Shown one piece after another: positions 31,129-39,577 of a DNA stretch of 64,000 nt (position 1 is the first letter of the stretch; each line of letters opens with the position of its first letter). The stretch comes from an uncultured delta proteobacterium (GTDB lineage: Bacteria; Desulfobacterota; Binatia; UBA9968). Where the stretch lies: the NCBI GenBank assembly GCA_963804165.1, contig CAWDPO010000035.1, positions 64,001-128,000 on the forward strand. Direction: 5' to 3'. The notes below the pieces were generated by a model. That model saw only the letters and a program-made list of their open reading frames with translations, was not told the DNA's origin and did not search any database. A program made the translations under genes and the position numbers.

Positions 31129-32412
31129 TCACGATGCCGCCTTGCGCCGCGCGGCGAAGGAAGCCGGGTTTTCTTTCACCGCCGTCGGTGTCAGGTAGTT
31201 AAAATGCTGGCGCCACGGCACGTCGCGGGGCACCATGTGCGCGAAGCAGTCGATGTGCGGAAACCAGTTGCGCGCGGCGTCGCGCAACAGATGGGGTGGT
31301 TCCTTGCCGGCGGTGAACTCCTTCACGCTGGTGAGCAGAAATTTGCGGACGGCGATCACGGCCTTGTCGCTTACGCCGAGATGCTCCCGGCTGCGGTCGA
31401 AGACCGCGCCCATGCTCTCCGTCGCGCAGGCGTCGTGGTTGAGAAAATCCTCGATGCCGGTGAAATTCACCGCTTTTTGCATTTGCCGGTCTTGGAGATA
31501 ATTATTGCGCGCGTTGCGAATCCTCGTGTAGTCGGGATTGATCTGCCTGCGCCGATGGACCTCGTCGTCGCGCACGGCACGGTCGCGGCGAAAGCCGATA
31601 TCATAGCGCCAGCAATGGGTGTCATCCGCCGGCACGTAGGTGTGGATTTCATAACCTTCCAATTCGTTGGTCGCCCGGCCCGCCGGCACACAGCCATAAA
31701 CCGGCATGATGAAAGCGGAGAAGCGGATATAGTGCTGATTATCGGTGTTGCGGGTCGCGATCAGCCGGACGCCGAAGTCGGTATCTTCGGTTTCATAATA
31801 GGGCGCAGTGTCGCTCTTGTAGAGCGTCTGATTGCGCTCGTTGGAAAAGGTGCGGTGCAAAAAGGATAGATGCGACGAGTCGCATTCACCCTCGAGGCCT
31901 TGGAGATAATTGCATTCCAACAGGGCCTTGGTCACGTACGAGAATTCCGGCGGCACTTGTGTCCATTCGTAATTGGGAAACAGCGGTATCATTTCACGCG
32001 GTCCGAGATACGCGTAGATGACACCGTTGGCTTCGTGGGTCGGGTAAGCCGTGTGGCGCACCTTCTTGCGGAAGTCGCTGTCGGTCGGCTCCGCGGGAGT
32101 TTCGAGGACGTTTCCCTCGACGTCGTATTTCCAGCCGTGATACACGCAGCGCAAGCCGCATTCTTCGTTGCGTCCGAAGAAAAGTGACGTGCCCCGGTGG
32201 GCGCAGTGCTCGCCGATCAGACCGATGCGTCCTTGACTGTCGCGGAAGGCGACCAACTCTTCGCCCAATAGTTTCACCCGCACCGGCGGACAGTCGGAGG
32301 CGGGAATTTCTTCCGAGAGCAACGCCGGAACCCAGTAGCGCCGGATCAGATTGCCCATCGGCGTTCCTTGGTTGGTTTGCGTGGCTAATTCGTTATCTTC
32401 TCTCGATAGCAT
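31129..32412 (-). CDS. Rieske non-heme iron oxygenase alpha subunit (phthalate 4,5-dioxygenase/LigX-like)
   Basis: CAHRG...CVYHGW Rieske ligands; EGECDSSHLSFLH iron motif; EHLGVSD. Confidence 0.9.
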   Translation of the reverse strand: MLSREDNELATQTNQGTPMGNLIRRYWVPALLSEEIPASDCPPVRVKLLGEELVAFRDSQGRIGLIGEHCAHRGTSLFFGRNEECGLRCVYHGWKYDVEGNVLETPAEPTDSDFRKKVRHTAYPTHEANGVIYAYLGPREMIPLFPNYEWTQVPPEFSYVTKALLECNYLQGLEGECDSSHLSFLHRTFSNERNQTLYKSDTAPYYETEDTDFGVRLIATRNTDNQHYIRFSAFIMPVYGCVPAGRATNELEGYEIHTYVPADDTHCWRYDIGFRRDRAVRDDEVHRRRQINPDYTRIRNARNNYLQDRQMQKAVNFTGIEDFLNHDACATESMGAVFDRSREHLGVSDKAVIAVRKFLLTSVKEFTAGKEPPHLLRDAARNWFPHIDCFAHMVPRDVPWRQHFNYLTPTAVKENPASFAARRKAAS

Positions 32413-32438
32413 GCAAGACTCCTCGCCAATTCATTCAA

Positions 32439-32463
32439 GGTTCAAAACGTTCAAGCCGTCAGG
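32439..32463 (+). repeat. 9-bp-period tandem repeat, copy 2
   Basis: ggttcaaaa-cgttcaagc-cgtcagg. Confidence 0.5.
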
Positions 32464-32468
32464 ATCGA

Positions 32469-33440
32469 TCAGGTATCGAGTGTGCCCGCGGCGAAGATTT
32501 CGGCATAGGATGGCGCCGTGCGGATCATGCCTTGTTCGACATTATACTTGAGAAAGGCGTCGATGGTCGTCTTGTTCACCTTGATGCCGTGCTTCCACGG
32601 ATCGCTCCAGGCTGCCATTTGTTCTTTCATGCGCTCTCTCAGGTACACGACGGAAAAGCCGCCGCGATCGCTCAAGATGTCGTCATAGGCGATCTGTTTC
32701 GCTTTCTCAAACGCCGCGTAAAGTTTCGCCGCGAGCTCGGGGCGCTCCTGGTCGAGTTTGCGGCTCATGACGATCATATGCACCGGAGTGAAGATACCGG
32801 TATCGCGGTAGAGTTTTTGGTCTTCTTCGAGATAGTTGGGAAATAGACGCTTGATTTTAGAATTACTTTCGAGGTTCTCGAACATCTTAGTGTCGGAGAT
32901 GTCCGTGATGATCGCGTCCAGTTCGCCGGCGATCAATCGTTGCGACATATTCTTGGATTCGTCGACGTACTCGATCTTAACGTTGGTGTCGTGGACGGGA
33001 AAAACTTCCTTCGCTTGCAGCACCCATTGAACGTTGGAAAAGTCGACGCCGTAGCGTTCGCGCAGCAAACCTCTTGTCCAGACGGTGAGCGCGGTTCGAT
33101 AGGTGCGCGACCCGATACGTTTGCCTGCGAGATCCTTGGGTGCGCGGATACCGGCATCGGCGTGACAGAAGATCAGTTGATAGGCTGGCTTGCGCTTGGA
33201 GAACACCGGCAGGCCCGTAATTTTCCAGCCAGCCTCGATGGCCGGCAGGAAGTAACCGATATTCAGATCCATCAAGCCGAAGTCGCCGGTTACCATCTTG
33301 GGATCTTCTTTATTGACCATCGACGACGATTTGACCGGCTTCAGCTTGACGCCGTCGATGGGAACGCGGCCCTCGAGGAGCGGCATGGTAATGTCGTAGC
33401 GCATTACCGGAAATTCGATTTCCAGGTTTTCGGTGCTCAT
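32469..33440 (-). CDS. 4,5-dihydroxyphthalate decarboxylase (OphC)-like protein, periplasmic-binding fold
   Basis: YDITMPLLEGRV, DLAGKRIG, TVWTRGLL, TGIFTPVH, LYAAFEKAK, DPWKHG. Confidence 0.78.
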   Translation of the reverse strand: MSTENLEIEFPVMRYDITMPLLEGRVPIDGVKLKPVKSSSMVNKEDPKMVTGDFGLMDLNIGYFLPAIEAGWKITGLPVFSKRKPAYQLIFCHADAGIRAPKDLAGKRIGSRTYRTALTVWTRGLLRERYGVDFSNVQWVLQAKEVFPVHDTNVKIEYVDESKNMSQRLIAGELDAIITDISDTKMFENLESNSKIKRLFPNYLEEDQKLYRDTGIFTPVHMIVMSRKLDQERPELAAKLYAAFEKAKQIAYDDILSDRGGFSVVYLRERMKEQMAAWSDPWKHGIKVNKTTIDAFLKYNVEQGMIRTAPSYAEIFAAGTLDT

Positions 33441-33731
33441 GGCTTCACGCTAATCCAATTACATTTCAGCAACCGTACAATTGCAAGTCCCGGCCTTTGC
33501 TGTCAAGCGATGCGCGGGCCAAAATACTCGATGCACAACCGCTCTCGGGCCCTGGATCCGGCACGCGGCCAGAGAATCTACACAGCGACATCTGGGAGTA
33601 CTCTCACGATCAAAATACAAGTTTCAAACCCATGCCGTGGGCCGCGTCGGCAGCTTCGCGATCGAGAGTCTCGAGATCGAGAGCAATCCGAATCGTCTGT
33701 CATGGCGCGCCATTCAGCGGGGCTGAGCAAG

Positions 33732-34892
33732 TCAATCCGTCCGTAAACTCCCGGTCGCCGGCGACCCCAGTCCGGAAATCCTCTCCGCGAGATGATTCGG
33801 CTGACCGTGTTGTTTGGAAAAGAGCCGATCAATTTCTGCGTCGCTGACTTCGGCGAGAGTCGCCGGTCGCCACTGCGGTTTGTGGTCTTTATCGATAAGT
33901 CTTGCTCGCACGCCTTCGCGGAAATCGGAACGAACGCAAAAGTTTAATGAAATATCCAATTCGCGCTGGAACGCATCTTCCAGAGCCAAGTTTTTGCCTT
34001 CCGTCAGCTGTTTAAAGATTGCCTTGGCGGAAGTTGGTGAGCCGCCCAAGTAACTTTGAATTGCATGTCGCATCCATTCGTCGGAACCCTTCCAGGAACG
34101 TAAAGCGGCATCGATCGCTTCAATCGTCGAGTGATTCGTCAAGTGATTGATGGTGCTGAGACGTTGCATAAGTTCCGAACTGGTGTCGGTCTCGGCAAAC
34201 GATTTGACATAGCCGCACAAGGTCTCTCGATTAGTGCGCTTATCGCCAACCCAATTAAGCTGGTTCATTCCGGCCAAGAATTCAGACTTTTTGTCAGCGC
34301 GTATCAAACCGTCGGCCATGCCGATGGCGACCGCGTCGGCGCCGTTGATGCGTGCTCCGGTCAAAGCGAGGAACAGGCCCATTCCATCGGGCATGCGATT
34401 TAGAAAGTAAGTTGCACCGACATCGGGGTAAAGACCTAGGGCGATCTCGGGCATCGCCAACGTCGTGCGCTCGGTTACGATACGGAATAAAGCGCCATTC
34501 ATGATGCCAACACCACCGCCCATTGTGACGCCGTCCGCCCAGCAGAGGGTCGGTTTGGGATAAACGTGAATCAGATAATCCACGAAGTATTCCGTCGCGA
34601 AGAAATCGGTCGCGATCTGCATCCCGGATTTTTCGTTCAACAGATTAACCAACGCTTTAACGTCGCCGCCGGCGCAAAATGCTTTGTCCGAGTTGGCATG
34701 GATGACGACGCATGCAATGTCGGCCTCGGTCCGCCAGGCGAGCAATTGTTTTTCCATTGCGTGGAATGTTTGGAGCGTCACAGCGTTGAGCGCTTGCGGG
34801 TTGTTCAACTCGATAACCCCGATCGCGTACCGTCCGGCTTTTTTTGCCAAAAAATTGGCGGTCGTAGTGGGGTCAAGTTTTGCAGTCGTCAT
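33732..34892 (-). CDS. Enoyl-CoA hydratase / 3-hydroxyisobutyryl-CoA hydrolase family
   Basis: [41 protein letters not shown]. Confidence 0.92.
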   Translation of the reverse strand: MTTAKLDPTTTANFLAKKAGRYAIGVIELNNPQALNAVTLQTFHAMEKQLLAWRTEADIACVVIHANSDKAFCAGGDVKALVNLLNEKSGMQIATDFFATEYFVDYLIHVYPKPTLCWADGVTMGGGVGIMNGALFRIVTERTTLAMPEIALGLYPDVGATYFLNRMPDGMGLFLALTGARINGADAVAIGMADGLIRADKKSEFLAGMNQLNWVGDKRTNRETLCGYVKSFAETDTSSELMQRLSTINHLTNHSTIEAIDAALRSWKGSDEWMRHAIQSYLGGSPTSAKAIFKQLTEGKNLALEDAFQRELDISLNFCVRSDFREGVRARLIDKDHKPQWRPATLAEVSDAEIDRLFSKQHGQPNHLAERISGLGSPATGSLRTD

Positions 34893-35046
34893 AGGTATGA
34901 TCCCGACTGACCGGGGCACAAAAATGTAAACCGTTGACAACGGTCGCTAGCCACGTTTGTTCGGCAACTTGCCTGCTTGCCTTCTGATATCAAGCCAATC
35001 CCACGAAATATCAATATGTTGGCGAATTGTGCCTGAGTCTTGTAAA

Positions 35047-35063
35047 CTGGCATGTCGATTGCT
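35047..35063 (+). promoter_or_regulatory. Sigma-54 (-24/-12) promoter
   Basis: cTGGCATGTCGATTGCt: GG-N10-GC, about 47 nt before ATG 35110. Confidence 0.6.
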
Positions 35064-35109
35064 CCCTTCAGCGGGCATCGTATTGCAAGTAATCGACAGA
35101 GAGGGACAA

Positions 35110-35310
35110 ATGGAATCACTCACCAGTACCGATTCTTACGACATCCAGTATGAAAAGGAAATCTTCCGCGCCGCCGTCTGTAATCGCTGTGGCGCCAGAA
35201 TGTTTCCCGCCGAGTTGCTCGAAGCGCACATGGATCGTCATGAATTGAAAGACATGTATCTCCAGAGCGAACTGAAAAAACTTCAATTCGCCATGAACCG
35301 GATGAGATAA
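35110..35310 (+). CDS. Small C2H2 zinc-finger protein (66 aa)
   Basis: GAGGG RBS; CNRC-x12-HMDRH followed by a helical tail. Confidence 0.7.
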   Translation: MESLTSTDSYDIQYEKEIFRAAVCNRCGARMFPAELLEAHMDRHELKDMYLQSELKKLQFAMNRMR

Positions 35311-35346
35311 ATATTTTTTTGTTTGCCGGATATTCGCCAGCAAAAA

Positions 35347-35436
35347 GGTGTGCCCGAGCGCGAGCATGGACTCCCTCCTCGGTTCATGTTTGACGCTATC
35401 ACCCAGGGTGTCCCCGCAAGGGGACACCCCTCCCCT
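35347..35436 (+). ncRNA. Candidate structured RNA (hairpin with anti-SD loop plus GNRA hairpin)
   Basis: cgagcatggac/gttcatgtttg 11-bp stem with G-U pairs and loop tccctcctcg; gggtgtcccc-gcaa-ggggacaccc. Confidence 0.35.
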
Positions 35437-35541
35437 AAAATAAGATCTCCCATTTGCATTGCGATCGTTTACTCTCGACTATCCTCGATTTGATATCCTC
35501 ACACTCCCTTGTTTGCGAATTCGTCGGGCAAGGAAACAATT

Positions 35542-35938
35542 TTGAAAGCTGTTCGAATGCACGGCTACGGCGGCGTGGAGCCAACTCTTCTACGAGGGCA
35601 ACCACGGCGTAGACGTCGTGCTCGACTGCGTCGGCGGCGAAGTCTGGCAGAAGAGCCTCGCGTCTTTGACGCGCGGCGGAAGGCTAGTGACTTGCGGCGC
35701 GACGGCGGGTGGACAACCGATCGACGACATCGAGGCGATCTATTCCAAGGAACTGAAAATCTACGGCTCGACTCTCGGCAGTCGAGAGGAATTCCGTTTG
35801 CTGATCAGCTTCATGAACGCGACCGGCATCAAGCCTATCATCGATACGGTTTTCCCGCTAAACGAAGGCGCCAGGGCGCAGCGCTACGTCGAAGAGGCGA
35901 GACAGTTCGGTAAGGTTGTCTTGAGCATACCGGACTGA
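35542..35938 (+). pseudogene. Internally deleted MDR-family (zinc-binding/quinone) dehydrogenase
   Basis: AAGGA RBS, MKAVRMHGYGGVE joined within about 25 nt to GVDVVLDCVGG...GGRLVTCGATAG...QFGKVVL. Confidence 0.75.
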
Positions 35939-35954
35939 TTTTCGTGCGGGGCAT

Positions 35955-35999
35955 CGTTCAAAAAGTTCAAGCCGTTCAAATCGTTCAAACCGTTTGGTT
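35955..35999 (+). repeat. 9-bp-period tandem repeat, copy 3
   Basis: cgttcaaaa-agttcaagc-cgttcaaat-cgttcaaac-cgtttggtt. Confidence 0.65.
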
Positions 36000-36064
36000 C
36001 GCGTAATAACGTCGAACAGTCGGCTGCTCCAATCTATTCTTCGGATCGGATCATACCTTCCACG

Positions 36065-37027
36065 CTAACCGAGCAAGCCGCGTCGGTTGAGCGCTTCCGC
36101 GCACTCTTCGAGCGTGCGCCGTTGATCCAGCGCGGCCAAGCGCAGGACGACGGTGCGCGCGCCCGCCTCGAGGTATTTCACGATCCAATCGAGCACCTCA
36201 TCCCAGGTTCCCGTGACGCACAGCATCGAGTTTGCGATGGCCTCGTAAGAGCGGTTGTAGTAGCGCGCGAGAAAAGTTTGCCCTTCGACGACGGCGTCTT
36301 TGCCGCCGGCCGCGAGCGTGAAATAGATACCTGCTTGCAGGGCGTCGGGATTGCGGCCGGCAGCGGCGGCGTAGGTGCGAATTTTCTCCCAGCATTCGGC
36401 GAAGACATCGGGGCTCTTGATGTTGTTGATCCAGGCGTCGCCGAGGCGGCCGACGCGCTTCAGACCGGGTTCGACGTCGTTCGCAGCGAGCCAGATCGGC
36501 ACACCGCTCGCTTGCACCGGCTTCGGTTCGATGGTGACATGATCGAAGCGCGTGAAGTTGCCTTCGTAAGTAACGTCGTCCTCGCGCCAAAGACGGCGCA
36601 TGACGTGAATAATTTCTTCGCTCATCTTCATCCGAGCGCCGGGATCCAGGCCGAGGATTTTAAACTCATGCTCCTGAGTCGGCTCACCGCGCCGGCCGAA
36701 ACCAATGCCGAGATCCAGACGTCCGCCGCTGATCCAGTCGAGACTGGCGAGCTGATAGGCGAGCAGGACCGGATGGCGCAGCGCGGCGAGAAAAATCGCC
36801 GTACCCAAGCGCACTCTACGGGTGCGCGCGCTGACCGCGGCCAGGGTGGTTAGGGCGTCAACACGACGCCGCGCCGTCAAGCTGTCGCCGACCCACAGTG
36901 AATGAAATCCTAAAGCCTCGGCGCGCTCTGCCAAGTCAAAGAATCTCTCCGGATCGGCCCGGCCAGACATCACGGCGTCTCGCGTCGGCAACAACACGCC
37001 GAATCTGGCTTGCTGAGTTTCGGACAT
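36065..37027 (-). CDS. LLM-class flavin-dependent oxidoreductase
   Basis: AEALGFHSLWVGDS, TRRVRLGT, SGGRLDLGIG, IEPKPVQ. Confidence 0.9.
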   Translation of the reverse strand: MSETQQARFGVLLPTRDAVMSGRADPERFFDLAERAEALGFHSLWVGDSLTARRRVDALTTLAAVSARTRRVRLGTAIFLAALRHPVLLAYQLASLDWISGGRLDLGIGFGRRGEPTQEHEFKILGLDPGARMKMSEEIIHVMRRLWREDDVTYEGNFTRFDHVTIEPKPVQASGVPIWLAANDVEPGLKRVGRLGDAWINNIKSPDVFAECWEKIRTYAAAAGRNPDALQAGIYFTLAAGGKDAVVEGQTFLARYYNRSYEAIANSMLCVTGTWDEVLDWIVKYLEAGARTVVLRLAALDQRRTLEECAEALNRRGLLG

Positions 37028-37208
37028 GGACATTTCCTCATTCATTTGGCGATTAGAGACCGATAGCAAGTCGCTGCCGCAAGTTCCAGCGAATAACTGA
37101 TCGGGCGGTTGCGCAGAAGGGAACCGATTGACTTCAGCCGGAGGCTTTCCTATCGTCGGCGCGGATCGCAAATAGGAGTCAATCAAAATTCGATTGTTGA
37201 GGTTAACG

Positions 37209-38210
37209 ATGAAAATTTACCTAACGCTGTTGACCGCGCTGCTATTTCTGATGCCGGGCAACTTGATGGCGGCGAGCGCGCCGAGCGCCGACGGCGAAAA
37301 GCTCAATGTCTGCTATTCCTCCATCGCCGCGACGTCGATCACCACCTGGGTGCCGTACGAAGCCGGGATTTACAAAAAATACGGTCTCGATGTCAGCATC
37401 ATTTACGTCGCGGGAGCTCAGGCAATTACCACATTGATTTCCGGCGACACGCAAATCGTCCAAGGATCGGGCGCGGCGGCAGCGCTGTCGCGCTTATCGG
37501 GCTCGGATGCAACGGTCATTGGCACGACGATCAACGTGATTCCGATGAGCCTGGTGACAACGCCCGACATCGCGACCGCGCAAGATCTTAAAGGGAAAAC
37601 CTTTGGCGTGAGCCGATTCGGATCGCTCACCGATTTGGGGCTGAGAAAAGCGGTAGCCGAATTGGGTCTGGATCCGAATAAGGACATCAAGATGATTCAA
37701 ACCGGCGGCGTGCCGGAGATACTCTTGTTCATGCAACAGGGCGTGATTAAAGGCGGGCTGATCTCTTCGCCGACGCTCGAAAAGGCCAAGGAGTTTGGCT
37801 ACAAAGAGTTCATGAACTTGAGCGAGATGAAATTTCGCTATCCCGGAACTGCGCTGGTGACGACAGATTCGTTCATCCGTACCCGGCCGCAAACGGTCAG
37901 TCGCTTTCTCAAGGCGACCCTGGAAGGAATAAAATATGCCAAGGCCAATCCAGACTTTACAGTTAGAGTTCTCGGTAAGTACACGCGCAACACGGACACA
38001 AAGCTGCTCATGAGCGCGTTCAAGAGTTACGTGCTCGGATATATCCGCAACGTTCCCACGGTGACGCTACCGGAGATGGAAGCGGTCATGGAAGACATCG
38101 CGACGCGAAATCCGAAGGCGAAAGGCATCGATGCGCGGCAGTTCTACGATCCTGCGCCTTTGGAGCAATTGGCAAAGGAAGGGTTTATCAAAGAGCTGTA
38201 TCCTCGGTAA
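37209..38210 (+). CDS. NMT1/SsuA-type ABC substrate-binding protein
   Basis: Signal peptide, GIYKKYGLDV, DLKGKTFGVSRFGS, LAKEGFI. Confidence 0.88.
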   Translation: MKIYLTLLTALLFLMPGNLMAASAPSADGEKLNVCYSSIAATSITTWVPYEAGIYKKYGLDVSIIYVAGAQAITTLISGDTQIVQGSGAAAALSRLSGSDATVIGTTINVIPMSLVTTPDIATAQDLKGKTFGVSRFGSLTDLGLRKAVAELGLDPNKDIKMIQTGGVPEILLFMQQGVIKGGLISSPTLEKAKEFGYKEFMNLSEMKFRYPGTALVTTDSFIRTRPQTVSRFLKATLEGIKYAKANPDFTVRVLGKYTRNTDTKLLMSAFKSYVLGYIRNVPTVTLPEMEAVMEDIATRNPKAKGIDARQFYDPAPLEQLAKEGFIKELYPR

Positions 38211-38234
38211 AAGGCTCCGTTGTCGGGCGCAAGG

Positions 38235-38410
38235 CTATTTCCCACTTATCTTGGCGCTGTCACGCAGTGCCATTTGCCCTTTTGGGCGAGGAGTCGATGG
38301 CGTTACCGAGGATGCGCGCGGCTTCCTGCGGCGCGTGAAAGCCGAGCTCGTCTTCAGGAATTTTGTGGCAGGTTTGGCAGGCGCGATTGATGTTAATAAC
38401 GGACTGCGCG
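38235..38410 (-). pseudogene. nrfA: Collapsed remnant of cytochrome c552 nitrite reductase (NrfA)
   Basis: Hand translation: RSPLL/NINRACQTCHKIPEDEL fused directly to GFHAPQEAARILGNAIDSS./KGQMAL. Confidence 0.65.
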
Positions 38411-38549
38411 CGTCATCGTGGGGGCGTAATAGGTTGGGGCCGCTAAGCCAGAGCAGGACTGCCCGGGAGCACCCGAAACACTGGCAACGGCCGCAAAATC
38501 GAACCCAGCAGAGTGGACTCGGAAGGCGTTCTGTTGGGAACTTTAATTC

Positions 38550-38578
38550 TTGACAACAAAATTCACGTCAATTACATT
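38550..38578 (+). promoter_or_regulatory. Sigma-70-type promoter (probably leaderless transcript)
   Basis: TTGACA-17 nt-TACATT, ATG 8 nt downstream, no SD. Confidence 0.55.
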
Positions 38579-38586
38579 CCCTCGCC

Positions 38587-38805
38587 ATGCGCAATTATAA
38601 GAGTTATCAGATCGATGGCATGGCGATTCCGGACGCAAAAACCGGATGGTACGCGCGTGGTCTCGTCTTCGATGCTCGGCGCGAGACTTTAACCGAGATT
38701 AAGCGGCTTGAGTGTCGCGACCTACGTTTCAGCACAAAAAGTAAAGCGAACAAAATGGCACTAGAGCTGTGCAAGGCATGGCTCAATGGAGCCCTAGATC
38801 ATTGA
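38587..38805 (+). CDS. Small hypothetical protein
   Basis: 72-aa ORF directly after a consensus promoter. Confidence 0.6.
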   Translation: MRNYKSYQIDGMAIPDAKTGWYARGLVFDARRETLTEIKRLECRDLRFSTKSKANKMALELCKAWLNGALDH

Positions 38806-38940
38806 TAACAGCGTACGTCAAATTGATTTTCAGTGGCGACGCGCCGGCTGTTGTTCCCAAACCTGAGAATGAATTCCCGTGGCATGCAGCGCTGGATGCT
38901 GGGGTGGCTTAATCGCGATTTGCAAAATAGGCAAGGAGCT

Positions 38941-39330
38941 TTAGAGGTCGTACACCGGTGTGTGGATCGCCACATGTTCGCCGCGGGCGATGGCGCTGAC
39001 GATATCGGCGCGGCTGACGATGCCGACGACTTCGTCGTCGTGCATCACCGGCACGCGTTTGATTTTGTGCGTGGTCATGAGCTGCGCGATCTCTTCCACC
39101 GCCGTCTCTTCCTGCACGCTGATGATTTTTTTGCTCATGATCGCTCTGACGTCTTTGCCCTTCTTACCGACGATGTCGGCTTCCGAAACGACGCCGATGA
39201 TCCTGCCGTTTTTGCCGGTAACGGGGGCGCCGCTGATTTGATTCTTGATCAACGTCATTGCGAGCTTTTTGATCGTCATCGTCGGCTCGACCGTGATGAT
39301 GTCTTTGGTCATGATATCTTTGGCAATCAT
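38941..39330 (-). CDS. CBS-domain pair protein
   Basis: AKDIMTK, ISGAPV, IGVVSEAD, IKRVPV, VGIVSRADI. Confidence 0.92.
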   Translation of the reverse strand: MIAKDIMTKDIITVEPTMTIKKLAMTLIKNQISGAPVTGKNGRIIGVVSEADIVGKKGKDVRAIMSKKIISVQEETAVEEIAQLMTTHKIKRVPVMHDDEVVGIVSRADIVSAIARGEHVAIHTPVYDL

Positions 39331-39343
39331 TTCGGAGTCCCTC

Positions 39344-39577
39344 CTATAGTCCTTTCTCCGCCACGGTCGCTGCAAGGTCGCCTACCCGGCAACTGTAGCC
39401 CCATTCGTTGTCATGCCAAGCCAAAACTTTGGCCATCTTTCCTTCGAGGACGACCGTCGATACACCATCGACGATCGAAGACGCTGAGTTACCACGAAAA
39501 TCGCTCGAAACCAAGGGTTCGTCGCAATACTCAAGGATCCCCCTCATCTTCCCATTGGCGGTCTTTTTCAGTGCGCT
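39344..39577 (-). pseudogene. gap: C-terminal remnant of glyceraldehyde-3-phosphate dehydrogenase
   Basis: ALKKTANGKMRGILEYCDEPLVSSDF...SSIVD...KVLAWHDNEWGYSCRV. Confidence 0.85.

Noticed and set aside
33530-33730. Possible relic peptide (LDLETLDREAADAAHGMGLKLV) on the minus strand
   Set aside because: Too short and weak to assign to a family without a search
35955-35999. 9-bp repeats or hsdR repeats as a CRISPR array
   Set aside because: No 23-50 bp repeats with unique spacers, and no cas genes
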